From Octopus sinensis (Eukaryota), in the NCBI RefSeq assembly GCF_006345805.1, contig NC_043006.1, forward strand, positions 16,926,001-16,990,000: a stretch of 64,000 nucleotides of DNA, in the 5' to 3' direction. The notes under the pieces are model-generated. The model saw nothing but the letters and a program-made list of their open reading frames with translations. It searched no databases and was not told where the DNA came from. Shown here piece after piece: positions 62,457-64,000 of this stretch. The first letter of the stretch is position 1. The number at the start of each line of letters is the position of its first letter. Position numbers and translations under genes: made by a program.

Positions 62457-63111
62457 CTACAGTGAAAAAAAGGGAAGAATTGAAGAATTTGTTACATTTA
62501 ATTCTATATTGTGTTGTAAACAAAAACATTAGTTATAAATTAAAAAAAAAACATGTTGACATCCAAAGAGTTAATATTAATTTGAATACTTCTATTTTAT
62601 ATAAACAGAAAACAAGCAAAAAAATTGCTGTGAATATTTTTAGTTGTGAATTGATTTAAACAAATTCTGGAGATGAAAAGTTCAAAAAAGTTTCAGAAAG
62701 ATTAAAAAAATTTTTTTTTTTAATGAACACTGAGTTCAGAAGAGAAAAAATTAAAAAAAATCAAGTTTTATTGCATCTGTATGAAATGTAATTTATCACT
62801 GAAATGGCAACTGAACCTATGTTGAAACAACCACAAGAAAGTAATATTGATATTTAAAAGAAGCACAATACCAGACATTACAAGAGAGAGCAAGAGACAG
62901 AGATTATAGTTGATTAAACCAATCCCAGTTCTCAACTGGTTCTTCTTTCGATAGACTTCCCAAGAATGAAGAGTAAAGATAATTTCAGCATGATTTAAAC
63001 CCAGAATACAAAGGGACATAACTAAATACGGTAAGGCAATTTTTCACATGCCTTTTTTTAAAAAAATTTATTTATTATTTTTTTGTCTTTTCTGCCAATC
63101 TACTGCTGTAG

Positions 63112-63340
63112 AAATATTTACTGCCCACAAGGGGCTAAACATAGAGGGGACAAACAAGGACAGACGTGTTCAAGTCGATTATATTGACCCCAGTACGTAA
63201 CTGGTACTTAATTTATTGACCCCGAAAGGATGAAAGGCAAAGTCGACCTCGGCGGAATTTGAACTCAGAACGTAAAGCCAAACGAAATACTGCTAAGCAT
63301 TTCGCCCGGCATGCTAACGTTTCTGCCAGCTTGCCGCCTT
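63112..63340 (-). mobile_element. tRNA-derived SINE (monomer of the 8.9-kb family)
   Basis: 17-bp TSD CCAATCTACTGCTGTAG at 63095-63111 and 63341-63357. Confidence 0.85.
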
Positions 63341-64000
63341 CCAATCTACTGCTGTAGGAAAGTCTTTATCGATAGAGATATCAATCTGTAGGAAATAATG
63401 TTCTTCTAACGAAATATCTTTTTATAAAAAAAATTACCGACCAAAAGAACCATGAAGATGATTTTCAAAGAAGTTTCAAGGAGACAAAAAAGTGAATTCA
63501 CCACTGAAATAGCAACTGAACTTCTGTTGAAAATGAGAAGTTTGCAAGCAAAATTTATAGAACCTTCAGAATTATTATGGAAAAAAAAATACCATAAGAA
63601 AAATAGCTGTGTCAGTAACACATAAACTATGTAGGTAAATCATATACAGCATTATAAATTAAAAACAAAAATATTACACAAGACAATAAGCCTTAATGCT
63701 CAATCATCATCACCATCTTAATGAATATATAAATGAGCATTTGTTTAAAGATTTGGTTCTTCCTTGATGTTGCCATGTTTTATGTTGGTATCCACTTCAT
63801 CTTAATTAAATGAAACATTTAAGGAATAAGACTATGATGCCAACTAAAAGGATATGCGTTACATGCCAGCATTCTATAGATGACAGCCAATATATGGAGG
63901 AAGCACTCCGTCGGTTACGATGATGAGGGTTCCGGTTGATCTGAATCAACGGAACAGCCTGCTCATGAAATTAACGTATAAGTGGCTGAGCACTCCACAG

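Overview
AT-rich eukaryotic genomic DNA dense in repeats and microsatellites. The SINE/LINE content suggests a coleoid cephalopod such as Octopus (inference). Right end: the last six coding exons of UVRAG on the minus strand (62456 to 53664), all GT-AG and phase-consistent. Left half: a probable, unidentified minus-strand multi-exon gene with a CpG-richer promoter near 35.3-35.8 kb, a signal-peptide exon at 34988-34907 and a chain of small Cys-containing exons down to about 10 or 5 kb. The rest is nested mobile DNA: tRNA-derived SINEs, Helitron and piggyBac-like non-autonomous elements, 8-bp-TSD MITEs, mariner, hAT/Buster, Gypsy, RTE, CR1-group and I-group relics, and a solo LTR. The most unusual structure is a spacer-less palindrome of about 2.1 kb (19766-21892). 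Each arm carries a type I hammerhead ribozyme fold, so it looks like a Penelope/retrozyme-like element, and it is inserted in the (TA)n tract of a SINE. Other notable structures are an 835-bp fold-back MITE with a near-intact TSD and a SINE whose internal 150-bp Pol III unit is repeated five times. All assignments were made by eye; no searches were run.
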